Positions 38,847 to 48,042 of a stretch of DNA of 64,000 nt are shown one piece after another. The DNA comes from Candidatus Bathyarchaeota archaeon (GTDB taxonomy: Archaea; Thermoproteota; Bathyarchaeia; Bathyarchaeales; Bathycorpusculaceae), in assembly GCA_963767735.1 (NCBI GenBank), contig CAVYES010000002.1, forward strand, positions 192,001-256,000, written 5' to 3'. The notes beneath the pieces are model-generated. The model did no database searches. It was not told where the DNA came from and saw nothing but the letters and a program-made list of their open reading frames with translations. Within the stretch, counting starts at the first letter, position 1; each line of letters opens with the position of its first letter. A program made the translations under genes and the position numbers.

Positions 38847-39947
38847 TTGGCGAGGTTTTTGAAATATGGCATAACAACAGGTGCATCCGCGGCAGCGGCT
38901 GCTAAAGCCGCCTTAATAGCTGTGCTTACGAAACCTGTTGACCGAGTGGTGATACCAACTCCGATTGGATTGCGCTTTGAGGTGCCTGTGAAATCGAGCA
39001 GAAAACTCGCCGCTGATACGGCAGAGGCTGTAGTTGTAAAGGATGCTGGAGAAGACATTGATGCCACCGATAAAATGGAGATAACTGCAACAGTAAAACT
39101 AACAGACGACGGCAAAATCACCATTAAAAGCGGCGAAGGCATTGGGAAAGTTACAAAGCCGGGGCTGCAAGTCGCGATTGGCGAGCCAGCGATTAACCCA
39201 GTGCCAAGAAGCATGATAACTGAAGCAGTCAAAGAAGTGTTGCCTGCGGGCAGTGGCGTCGAAGTAACAATCACGGCGCCTGAAGGAGAAAGAATCGCTA
39301 AGAAAACATGGAATGCAAAGCTGGGCGTTGTGGGCGGTGTCTCCATTTTGGGTACAACAGGCGTAGTAAAACCGTTGTCTTCGGAAGCGTGCCGACGCTC
39401 GCTGGTTCCCCAAATTGATGTCGCCCTAGCGCGTGGCTACAAGCGAATATTCTTTGTTCCGGGGAATATTGGAGAAAAAATGGCTAAACAGAAGTTTAAT
39501 GCGCCTGAGGATGCGATAGTTCAAACTGGCGATTTTGTCGGTTACATGCTTGATAAAGCCGTGGAAAAAGGTGTTAAAGAAATCATTGTTCTGGGTCATT
39601 CTGGGAAATTGGTAAAGTTGGCGGCTAACATTTTTAACACACACCATAAAGTCGGGGATGCACGCAACGAAGTTATCGCTTCTTACGCAGGCGCTGTCGG
39701 AGCCGACACCAAGACCATAAACGCACTATTGCAGGCTAACACTTCCGATGAAGCCTCAGAAATTCTTAAGCAAGCGAACCTGTTGGAAGCTGCTTATGAC
39801 AGAGTTGCTCAAAGAGTTAGTCAGCGGGTAATCGATAGGGTGGAAAGTAAAATTAAGATAAGCGTGGTAATTGTTTCCATGGATGGCAAAGTTCTTGGAA
39901 TGGACCAGAACGCGAGGTGCAACCAACCTTGGCTAAACTTAACATAG
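38847..39947 (+). CDS. cbiD: Cobalt-precorrin-5B C1-methyltransferase
   Basis: GITTGASAAAA, KDAGED.DAT, AINPVP, SILGTTG. Confidence 0.95.
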   Translation: MARFLKYGITTGASAAAAAKAALIAVLTKPVDRVVIPTPIGLRFEVPVKSSRKLAADTAEAVVVKDAGEDIDATDKMEITATVKLTDDGKITIKSGEGIGKVTKPGLQVAIGEPAINPVPRSMITEAVKEVLPAGSGVEVTITAPEGERIAKKTWNAKLGVVGGVSILGTTGVVKPLSSEACRRSLVPQIDVALARGYKRIFFVPGNIGEKMAKQKFNAPEDAIVQTGDFVGYMLDKAVEKGVKEIIVLGHSGKLVKLAANIFNTHHKVGDARNEVIASYAGAVGADTKTINALLQANTSDEASEILKQANLLEAAYDRVAQRVSQRVIDRVESKIKISVVIVSMDGKVLGMDQNARCNQPWLNLT

Positions 39948-40603
39948 TCGGCGCAGGTCCAGGTTCACCCGATTACGTGACGCCTGCAGCAAGAAAAACC
40001 GTCCAGCATGCTGAGGTTGTTATTGGCGCCCAAAGAAGCCTAAACCTATTCGCCGAGGACATTAAAGGAGAAATTGTGGTTTTAACAGCTAAAAACCTAA
40101 ACAGCGGCCTCAAGTTTGCGGCTGAATCAGCCCAGAAAGGCAAGAATGTGGTTTTGCTATCTACGGGTGACCCGGGCTTCTCAGGGCTGCTGCAAACCGT
40201 TTTAGAGAGCGGTTTGGTTACGGCAGAGGAAATTAACGTTGTGCCAGGTGTAAGCTCGATTCAAGCGTGCGCTGCCAGGCTAAGCATAAGCTGGGACGAT
40301 ACGTGCCTGTTCACCTTCCATGAAGGCAACGTGACCGCTGAAGACAAAAACCATTTAGTTTCATGCGTTAAAGAAGGAAAAAATGTAATGCTTCTTCCAG
40401 ACCAACGAGGCTTTCCGCCGAGTCAAATCGCAAGCGCTCTTCTCAACGCCGGAGTTGATAAGGAAACGGCTGTTTTTGTTTGTGAGAATTTAACCCTAGA
40501 CGATGAGCAAGTTACCTTCAGCACTCTGGAAGAAATTTCTAAACAGGTGTTTCAATCTTTATGTGTAATGGTTATCAAAGGAAACCGTAACGGGAAAGGA
40601 TAA
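39917..40603 (+). CDS. cbiE: Cobalt-precorrin-7 C5-methyltransferase
   Basis: VGAGPG, STGDPGFSG, PGVSSIQ, CENL. Confidence 0.9.
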   Translation: MQPTLAKLNIVGAGPGSPDYVTPAARKTVQHAEVVIGAQRSLNLFAEDIKGEIVVLTAKNLNSGLKFAAESAQKGKNVVLLSTGDPGFSGLLQTVLESGLVTAEEINVVPGVSSIQACAARLSISWDDTCLFTFHEGNVTAEDKNHLVSCVKEGKNVMLLPDQRGFPPSQIASALLNAGVDKETAVFVCENLTLDDEQVTFSTLEEISKQVFQSLCVMVIKGNRNGKG

Positions 40604-40608
40604 GTGGA

Positions 40609-41217
40609 TTGTGTATGGCTAAACTTTGGGCTTATAAAACTGCTGGAATACCGGACGAGTTGTTTAACCAAAATGATAAGGTGCCTGGTCCAACCAAAGA
40701 AGAAATCCGAGCAATTACAATCTCTAAAGCACGTTTATGCGAAGGCTCCATAGTTATCGACGTCGGCTGCGGCACAGGCGGCTTAACAGTTGAGGCTGCT
40801 CTGCAAGTGGCGCCAAAAGGCAAGGTTTACGCCGTTGACGAAGACCCAGCAGCAATTGACTTAACCAAGAGCAACGTGGAAAAGTTTGGCTTTAAAGAAA
40901 ATGTCGTTATCTCTCTCGGCAAAGCACCCGAGGCACTTGCCAGCCTTCCATTGACGGATGCTATCCTGATAGGGGGCAGCGGTTTCTTGAGTGACGTTCT
41001 CCTTGTAGCCAAAGCCAAGCTGAAATCGAACGGCAGAATAGCCATCAATGCAATACTTTTGGAGACGGCTTGCACGGCAGTGGATGAACTAAAAAGTTTA
41101 GGCTTCAAAGATATCGACGTCTGCCATATCTCGGTGGCGAAAGGAAAGCAAATAAACAGCGGGACTATGATGTTGGCGAGAAATCCCATTACAATAGTTT
41201 CAGCCACGAAACCTTAG
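40609..41217 (+). CDS. cbiT: Cobalt-precorrin-6B C15-methyltransferase
   Basis: GIPDELF, TKEEIR, DVGCGTG, ARNPI. Confidence 0.93.
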   Translation: MCMAKLWAYKTAGIPDELFNQNDKVPGPTKEEIRAITISKARLCEGSIVIDVGCGTGGLTVEAALQVAPKGKVYAVDEDPAAIDLTKSNVEKFGFKENVVISLGKAPEALASLPLTDAILIGGSGFLSDVLLVAKAKLKSNGRIAINAILLETACTAVDELKSLGFKDIDVCHISVAKGKQINSGTMMLARNPITIVSATKP

Positions 41218-42000
41218 GTGAAAATTGATTTGGCTGGAACATTCATAGGCATCGGCGTAGGTCCAGGCGACCCAGAACTCATCACGATAAAAGCGGCAAA
41301 AGCTCTCAAGACAGTGGACGTCATCTGCGTACCAAAATCACACGCGAGTAAACCCAGCATGGCGCTAGGCATGGTTAAGAAAATTCTAGATGAACGCCAG
41401 AAACCCGCCGAGATTTTAGAACTCATCTTTCCCATGACCAAAAACGAATTTAACAACCGCAAACTCTGGGTGGAAAACGCCGCCATAGTTGCTGCAAAAG
41501 CCAAAAAAGGCAATGTTGCCTTCATCACTTTAGGCGACCCGATGCTCTACAGCACCTTCCTCTACCTCTATGAATGTGTAAAGGAAACCTACCCCGAAGT
41601 TGAACTAGAAATCATACCTGGCGTAACCTCGGTTAGCGCCGCAGCAGCAAGCTCCAAGTTGCCCCTAGCTGAGAAAGAGGAAGTGGTTACAATTATGCCA
41701 TCAGACCTAAACCCTACATTAATAGAGAAAACCGCCAAACATGCTGACAATATTGTTTTCATGAAGTGCGCTCACCGCATTAAAGAGTTTATCCCCATTC
41801 TTTTGAAGGCAGGTTTCACGGAAAACTCAACCATCGCCCTAGTCAAACGATGCACTCTGCCTGAAGAGAAAGTTCTCGTTGGCAAACTGGGTGAAGTAAA
41901 TCAATGGGACATAACTGAAGATTACTTCTCAGTAGCCATCGTTAAGAAAAGCAAAGTTCCCATACACTGGAAACAAAACGGAAACGGTGGCAAAGCATGA
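41218..42000 (+). CDS. cbiL: Cobalt-precorrin-2 C20-methyltransferase
   Basis: GVGPGDPELIT, FPM, TLGDPMLYST. Confidence 0.92.
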   Translation: MKIDLAGTFIGIGVGPGDPELITIKAAKALKTVDVICVPKSHASKPSMALGMVKKILDERQKPAEILELIFPMTKNEFNNRKLWVENAAIVAAKAKKGNVAFITLGDPMLYSTFLYLYECVKETYPEVELEIIPGVTSVSAAAASSKLPLAEKEEVVTIMPSDLNPTLIEKTAKHADNIVFMKCAHRIKEFIPILLKAGFTENSTIALVKRCTLPEEKVLVGKLGEVNQWDITEDYFSVAIVKKSKVPIHWKQNGNGGKA

Positions 42001-42758
42001 ACAGAGTTGTTTTTATCGGCGCAGGCCCTGGAGACCCAGAGCTAATTACCCTCAAAGGAAAACGGTGCTTAGAGCAAGCTGAGGTGGTAATTTACGCTGG
42101 TTCACTTTTGAATCCACAAATCCTCAGTTACGCCAAGCCAAGCGCCCAGCTTTATGACAGCGCCAAAATGAGCCTGCCCGAAGTCCTAAAAGTCATGGTT
42201 GAAGCCGCCAGGGCAGGGAAGCTTGTGGCAAGAGTGCACGATGGAGACCCAAGCTTCTACGGAGCCATTCAAGAACAAATGGACGCGCTAGACAAAGAAA
42301 AAATAGAATACTTCCGAATTCCAGGCGTAAGCTGCCTGCAAGGAGGCGCAGGAGCCTTAAACCGCGAATTAACCTTACCTAACATTTCACAAACCGTAAT
42401 TATAACGCGTCCAGAAGGCAGAACGCCCGTGCCCGAAGCGGAAACCCTCAGCAAACTCGCCATGCACCAAGCAACCATGGTCATCTTCTTGGGTACTCCG
42501 CATATTGCGCGTGTCGTGGAGGAGCTTCTGATAGGAGGCTACCCGAAAGATACCCCCGCACAAGTTGTTTACAAAGCCACGTGGCCTGAGCAAAAAATCG
42601 TGAAGGGCACATTAAGCGATATAGTCGCAAAAGTTAAGACGGCGGGCATAACTGAGACAGCGTTGATTTTTGTGGGAAAAGTCTTGAATCCGCAATCTTA
42701 TGATTTATCAAAGCTTTATGACCCAAAGTTCACTACAGGTTTCCGTAAAGGAGAATAG
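41997..42758 (+). CDS. cbiF: Cobalt-precorrin-4 C11-methyltransferase
   Basis: YAGSL, ARVHDGDP, QTVIITR, SKLYD. Confidence 0.95.
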   Translation: MNRVVFIGAGPGDPELITLKGKRCLEQAEVVIYAGSLLNPQILSYAKPSAQLYDSAKMSLPEVLKVMVEAARAGKLVARVHDGDPSFYGAIQEQMDALDKEKIEYFRIPGVSCLQGGAGALNRELTLPNISQTVIITRPEGRTPVPEAETLSKLAMHQATMVIFLGTPHIARVVEELLIGGYPKDTPAQVVYKATWPEQKIVKGTLSDIVAKVKTAGITETALIFVGKVLNPQSYDLSKLYDPKFTTGFRKGE

Positions 42759-42762
42759 TGAA

Positions 42763-43863
42763 ATGTACACTAATGGAATAGCTGTTGTTGCAATCACAGG
42801 GCGGGGCGTAGAAACCGCATTAAAAATTAAAGAAGCATTAAACAACGCAGGCCTATCATGCATCGTTTACGCGCCAAAAAAATACGTTCAAAACGGCGTT
42901 ATCCCCTTAAATAAAAAAATAGATGAATTTGTTAAAGACACATACGATGAAGTGGACGCTTTAGTTGCGGTTATGGCAACAGGTATAACAATTCGGGCTG
43001 TAGCGCCTTATCTTGAAAGTAAGTTCACTGACCCAGCGGTCATAGGTGTTGACGCGGCTGGAAAATTTGTTATAAGCCTCTTGGCAGGCCATTATGGAGG
43101 GGCAAACGAATTAGCCAGAATAATTGCAGAAGGTATCGGCGGAACAGCAGTTATTACAACGGCATCCGACGCCACAGGTAAACAGAGCGTTGATGAGCTT
43201 GCAAGAATCCTGCATTTAACCATTCAGAACCCTGAAAGCCTCATAGCTGTTAACTCTGCTATCGTCAATGGTGGCCACTTGGTCGTGGTATTAATCGGCG
43301 ACGTTGAAATCCCAACCAGCCAGATTGGCTGCTACGAAGTTAAAAAGACAGAAAACGCCTCTCAAGCCCTGGAAATAATTAACAGTTATGACGCGGGCAT
43401 CTTGATTTCAGCCGAACCTTTGACCCCGCAAGTTTTAAGGATTGACAAGTTTGTTAAGCCATTTACCATACTTAAAACTAAACTTGTAGTTGTCGGGTTA
43501 GGAGCAAGGAAAGACTCAAGCGCAGACAGCATAGTGGAAGCTGTGGACACTTCTTTAGAACGGGTACATTTGTCTTTAGCCAGCGTTAACCGTTTCGCTA
43601 CAGTTGACATAAAACGTGATTCGCCAGCTATGCTAAAAGCCGCGGAACAGTTGGGTAAGCCGCTTGAGTTTTTAAGCGTCGATGCACTCCGTTCTCTAAG
43701 TCATAGGGATCTTTCGCCTGATTCAAAGATGGTTCAGGAAAAGATTGGTGTTGGAGGGGTATGTGAACGAGCAGCACTGATAGTAGCGGGAAAAAACTCG
43801 AAGTTAATACTCAAAAAGACCAAGCTCAACGGGGTAACTGTAGCAATAGCCGAGGGCGAATAA
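42763..43863 (+). CDS. cbiG: Cobalt-precorrin-5A hydrolase
   Basis: MATGI.IR, DPAV, GHYGGAN, VITTASD, GVCERAAL. Confidence 0.93.
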   Translation: MYTNGIAVVAITGRGVETALKIKEALNNAGLSCIVYAPKKYVQNGVIPLNKKIDEFVKDTYDEVDALVAVMATGITIRAVAPYLESKFTDPAVIGVDAAGKFVISLLAGHYGGANELARIIAEGIGGTAVITTASDATGKQSVDELARILHLTIQNPESLIAVNSAIVNGGHLVVVLIGDVEIPTSQIGCYEVKKTENASQALEIINSYDAGILISAEPLTPQVLRIDKFVKPFTILKTKLVVVGLGARKDSSADSIVEAVDTSLERVHLSLASVNRFATVDIKRDSPAMLKAAEQLGKPLEFLSVDALRSLSHRDLSPDSKMVQEKIGVGGVCERAALIVAGKNSKLILKKTKLNGVTVAIAEGE

Positions 43864-44591
43864 GCGTAGTCGGCATTGGACCCGGCAGCCTGGAACATTT
43901 AACGCCTAAAGCAAGAAACGAAATTGAAAACGCCGACGTAATAGTCGGCTACGGCACATACATAAAATTAATCCAAGCCATCATCAAACCAAACGTAGAA
44001 GTGTTTTCTGGAACCATGGGTAAAGAGGTTGAACGAGCCGAAATCGCCGTTTCAAAAGCTTTGGAGAACTATCGTGTCGTGATAGTTAGCAGCGGTGACC
44101 CAGGAGTTTACGGCATGGCTGGCATCGTTTTGGAAGTCGTTGAAATGGAAAAAGCAAATGTACCCGTTGATATTGTTCCAGGCGTTACAGCCGCAACGAC
44201 TGCTGCGTCAAAGCTTGGCGCCCCTTTGGTTAGCGATTTCGCAGTGATTAGCTTAAGTGATTTGTTGACTCCTTGGGAAAAAATTGAGCACAGGTTGGAA
44301 GCAGCCTCAGCGGCCGACTTTGCCATCGTACTGTATAATCCCCAAAGTCAAGGTAGGATTGAGCCGCTGACTAAAGCGTTCGAAATACTGCTCAAGCACA
44401 TGAGCCCTGAGACTCCGGTAGGCATTGTGAAGCAAGCTGGACGCGTAGGAGAAGAAGTCACTATTACAACGCTTAAAAACATGTTGACAGCTGAAATAGA
44501 CATGGTTACCACAATAATTGTAGGTAACTCGGCAACCAAGACAATTAACGGCAAAATGGTTACCGCTCGCGGCTACGATCTTTCAAGTTAA
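43860..44591 (+). CDS. cbiH: Cobalt-precorrin-3 C17-methyltransferase
   Basis: Frame extends upstream of the track start to ISVVGIGPG; SSGDPGVYGMAG, ISLSDLLTPW, LYNP, RGY. Confidence 0.92.
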   Translation: MSVVGIGPGSLEHLTPKARNEIENADVIVGYGTYIKLIQAIIKPNVEVFSGTMGKEVERAEIAVSKALENYRVVIVSSGDPGVYGMAGIVLEVVEMEKANVPVDIVPGVTAATTAASKLGAPLVSDFAVISLSDLLTPWEKIEHRLEAASAADFAIVLYNPQSQGRIEPLTKAFEILLKHMSPETPVGIVKQAGRVGEEVTITTLKNMLTAEIDMVTTIIVGNSATKTINGKMVTARGYDLSS

Positions 44592-44835
44592 AATTAATCC
44601 TGATATTGACCGGTCACGGACCGGGATTGTGGATAATTAGAGCTTGAACTGAGGTTGTTTTCGTTTTGTGATTGCAATCTTTACTTTTTTTCACTTGTTT
44701 CAGGAATTTAGGCAATGTCCAAGTTAAAACTAAGTTTGATTAAAACTTTGACAAACGCTCAACAAAATAAACCGGTTCTTTTTTCAACATAAATAGAATC
44801 TTTTGAATTATAAAAAAGAAAGAAAAAGAGAATTT

Positions 44836-45618
44836 TTACTTTTTAGCTTTTTTGGTGTAGGTATATGTTCCGAATGCTACTGCGACTATTGCAATGACCA
44901 TGGCAAGTGTGGTTGCAGTTGAAAACTCGTTTATTGTTGGTGTGGGTGTTGGCAATGTTAGAGTGCTGCTGGTTGGAACGAAAATTGCTTCCATAGCGCA
45001 TGTGTTTTGAGGTATGTTCAAGGTAAGGGTGCTAGAGGTGTAAGTTGAGGATGTCGATGTTACAACCATCCAAAAGAGGAAATTGAAACCGCTGGCTGGG
45101 ACTGCTGTGAATGTGGCTGATTCGCCGATTGTATAATTGGTGTAGGTTATTGGTGGAGTGGATGTTAAGGAAGATGGAACTGTTGTTCCGCCTACTGTGA
45201 AGTATAGGGCAATCGTTGCTGTTCCACTACCAGAGCTTGATTGTACAGCATTAGTGGTTGGGATGAATATTGCTTCTATAGCGCAACCCGATGCGCTAAT
45301 AGTTTCGGTTACTGTACTAGCAGCTGAGGTGACGGCTCCTGACGGGGTAACATAGATCCAACCTAAGAAGTTGAAGCCTGCACTGGCAGTCTGAGAGAAG
45401 GTAACAACATCGCCGTTAGCATAAGATAGGCTTGATCCGCCTGCTGCAGCTGTTCCGTTTGCTGAAACTGAACCACCTATGGTTGAATAAACATAGACGC
45501 TGTCTGTTGTTGCCGCTTTCGCGAGTGGCACCTGTGTATTTATAGCCGAAATTAAAAGTGCTGACGTTAGAAGAATCAAAGCTAAAACTTTAAAGTTCTT
45601 TGTTGAGTTCTTATTCAT
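44836..45618 (-). CDS. Surface protein with two Ig-like repeats and PEF-CTERM-like anchor
   Basis: Signal peptide, two ASGFNFL.W repeats, PTINEF-TM-KKAKK. Confidence 0.8.
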   Translation of the reverse strand: MNKNSTKNFKVLALILLTSALLISAINTQVPLAKAATTDSVYVYSTIGGSVSANGTAAAGGSSLSYANGDVVTFSQTASAGFNFLGWIYVTPSGAVTSAASTVTETISASGCAIEAIFIPTTNAVQSSSGSGTATIALYFTVGGTTVPSSLTSTPPITYTNYTIGESATFTAVPASGFNFLFWMVVTSTSSTYTSSTLTLNIPQNTCAMEAIFVPTSSTLTLPTPTPTINEFSTATTLAMVIAIVAVAFGTYTYTKKAKK

Positions 45619-45789
45619 TGAATCACCGAATTTTTCTGTCTTTTTATTGGATAAAAGGCGATATAAGCTTTTCTAAACCACCATGCCAGCGTTCTAACGT
45701 TAGACTCGCAAAGCCGCGTCGCTCTAAGCTTTTATCAAAACAAGCACCATAACAAGTCCACGAAAACGTGATATTATCGGAGAATTAGG

Positions 45790-45887
45790 TGGTCGGGAGA
45801 GCAGGATTTGAACCTGCGACGGCTCGGTATCTGTGGCCTGTGCAGGCTAGAATGAAGCCCACCATGGGTAGACCTCTACAGCGTCTC
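45790..45887 (-). repeat. att-like duplicate of tRNA-Tyr 3' part (98 bp)
   Basis: Identical to 46584-46681. Confidence 0.95.
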
Positions 45888-45925
45888 TACCCAAGTAAGT
45901 TAGCTCTTCTTTAGTTGGAATAAAG

Positions 45926-46186
45926 CTATTTGTAAACATTATCATGATGTTCATATCTTCTTACCGTGACAACCTTCCTCGTCTCATCTATATCGTAGAC
46001 AAGAACGAATGAACCCACATGTACCCGACGCATGTGCTGCATAGGACTCTTCAAAGGCTTAAATTGCTGAGGATTTTCCAAAATCTCGTTTATCTTTCTA
46101 GATACCGCCTCAAACTGAGGCAAATCCTTCTTTCGCAATTTCTTGAATAGTCTATCTACTTTTTCAACCACTTCTAAAGAGTACAA
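45926..46186 (-). CDS. relE: RelE/StbE family toxin
   Basis: ILENP..FKPL, RRVHVGSFVLVY, HHDNVY. Confidence 0.9.
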   Translation of the reverse strand: MYSLEVVEKVDRLFKKLRKKDLPQFEAVSRKINEILENPQQFKPLKSPMQHMRRVHVGSFVLVYDIDETRKVVTVRRYEHHDNVYK

Positions 46187-46190
46187 GCAA

Positions 46191-46421
46191 TCACTTAGAA
46201 TATCGACTGGCGAAGTCTTTGACTTTTATCGTCTTTTCGATCTCTGAGGCCTTTAGGCTTTCTATGAACTCTGGCTTTAGCTCTGGCTCCAGTACACATT
46301 CTTCAAACTGTTGAGCCATCAAATTTATTGCCTGACTCTTGTCTTTGAGACCATACTTGGCTTTAACTATGTTGAGGATTCTGTTCGTTCGTTCGTCAAT
46401 AGTTACAATCGCCTTGACCAT
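46191..46421 (-). CDS. DUF2683-type antitoxin
   Basis: NRILNIVKAKYGLKDKSQAI, EPELKPEF; directly upstream of toxin. Confidence 0.85.
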   Translation of the reverse strand: MVKAIVTIDERTNRILNIVKAKYGLKDKSQAINLMAQQFEECVLEPELKPEFIESLKASEIEKTIKVKDFASRYSK

Positions 46422-46583
46422 ATTAACACCGTATTGATAGAATATTAACTTGGAATATATATGCTAATTGCTGTCCAATAATAGATTCAGCAAATACAAA
46501 GATCATTGACGCAATCAAATAGCTCATGCTAAAGGGCAAAAATTCATCTACATATAAACCCAATTTTCAAGTTTAGATTAAAT

Positions 46584-46737
46584 TGGTCGGGAGAGCAGGA
46601 TTTGAACCTGCGACGGCTCGGTATCTGTGGCCTGTGCAGGCTAGAATGAAGCCCACCATGGGTAGACCTCTACAGCGTCTCCACCAGCTAAGCTTGTTAG
46701 CCAGCTCGAGAGCTCTGCCAGGCTGAGCTACCTCCCG
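46584..46737 (-). tRNA. tRNA-Tyr(GTA) with two introns (30/31: 46677-46706; 37/38: 46623-46669)
   Basis: Spliced: CGGGAGG TA GCTC AGCCTGGCA GAGC T CTCGG CTGTAGA CCGAG CCGTC GCAGG TTCAAAT CCTGC TCTCCCG A CCA; both introns form BHB motifs (CTCT/GGAG and CTGT/ACAG helices). Confidence 0.92.
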
Positions 46738-46858
46738 ACAAAGTCCATAAAGATTGGGGGAAAGAATTTATGTGTTTTGGCATTTTAGGCTGTGTCGAGC
46801 CATACTAAACATTTTAATCTTTTAGTAAGAGTGCTTAGGTAAAGACAGGTGTATTTAA

Positions 46859-47824
46859 TTGGCGAAAACTATCGGCATTGTAACTTCTGGTGGAGATGCG
46901 CCAGGCATGAACGCCGCCATCCGAGCTGTAACACGAATAGGCCACGCAAAGGGTTTTCAAGTTATAGGTTTCGAAAGAGGATGGGACGGACTTTTATCTA
47001 ACTCGTTTAGAAGGTTGACTCCTCGAAATGTCGGAGGCATTATTCAGTTAGGCGGCACTATACTCCACACCATTCGATGTCCAAGTTTCGAGGAAGAAGG
47101 CAGCGCCGAAAAAGCGGCAGAAACATTGTCTGTAAATAACGTTGACGGCTTAGTCGTTATCGGCGGCGACGGCTCATTTAGAGGCGCCTTAGACCTAAGC
47201 AGAGAAAGCGACGCCTTAATGGTTGGGATACCCGCCACAATTGACAATGACGTTTATGGAACAGACGAGACAATCGGCTTTGACACTGCGGTCAACACTG
47301 CGGTAGGCTCGATCGACAAAATTAGGGATACGGCGATTTCTCATGAAAGAATATTCATTGTGGAGGTGATGGGCCGGAAAAGAGGATTCTTAGCGTTGGA
47401 AGTAGGAATGTGTGTGGGCGCAGAAGTGATTTTGATTCCAGAAAACCCAATGAAAATTGAGGACATTGTAAAGTTTATGGATGAAAGCGAAAAGAAAGGC
47501 AAACGGGCTGGAATAATAGTTGCGGCAGAAGGCTTCAGTGACACAAATAAATTAGCTCAAGAAATGCAGCGGCAAACAGAATCTGAAGTCAGACTATCCA
47601 TTCTTGGCTATGCTCAGCGCGGCGGAAGCCCCACAGCACGCAGCAGGTTACTGGCAAGTTTATTCGCCGATAAAGCCGTTGAATTAATTTGCCAAGAACA
47701 GGGCAACGTAGCTGTGGGATTACAGAACGGCGCAGTTGTGGGCGTAGAGCTTGAGAAAGCCGCTAACAACAGGAAGCCGATAAACCTAAAGCTGTTAGAA
47801 GTAGCCGACATGCTTGCAACGTAA
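46859..47824 (+). CDS. pfkA: 6-phosphofructokinase, PfkA family, ATP-type
   Basis: TSGGDAPGMNAAIR, IGGDGS, PATIDND, EVMGR, QRGG. Confidence 0.93.
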   Translation: MAKTIGIVTSGGDAPGMNAAIRAVTRIGHAKGFQVIGFERGWDGLLSNSFRRLTPRNVGGIIQLGGTILHTIRCPSFEEEGSAEKAAETLSVNNVDGLVVIGGDGSFRGALDLSRESDALMVGIPATIDNDVYGTDETIGFDTAVNTAVGSIDKIRDTAISHERIFIVEVMGRKRGFLALEVGMCVGAEVILIPENPMKIEDIVKFMDESEKKGKRAGIIVAAEGFSDTNKLAQEMQRQTESEVRLSILGYAQRGGSPTARSRLLASLFADKAVELICQEQGNVAVGLQNGAVVGVELEKAANNRKPINLKLLEVADMLAT

Positions 47825-47902
47825 ACCTCCTTCTCTTCTTTTTAGGCAGTGTGATGCACGAAAAAACGCGATCAATTTCGTCTCCTGCAAAGCTTTTTCC
47901 AT

Positions 47903-48000
47903 GTTGCTTTTTGGTTTAGAGTTTAAAATGTTTGTTGGTTGCGGCTAGATTTGGTAGAAAATGGTAATATTTGGCGATTTATGGTAAAAAATGGTGAAAA
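47903..48000 (+). repeat. Leader + 10-bp tandem array C (5 units, ATGGTAAAAA)
   Basis: Leader gttgctttttggtttagagtttaaaatgtttgttggttgcg, then ttggtagaaa atggtaatat ttggcgattt atggtaaaaa atggtgaaaa. Confidence 0.75.
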
Positions 48001-48042
48001 AAGTTGTTTGCGCATTAGTCTACAAGAGTCGGCAAGGTTAGT

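Larger units (their letters stand above)
45790..46681. mobile_element. tRNA-Tyr-integrated mini-island containing only a TA pair
   Basis: 98-bp direct repeats 794 bp apart; no integrase between them. Confidence 0.8.
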
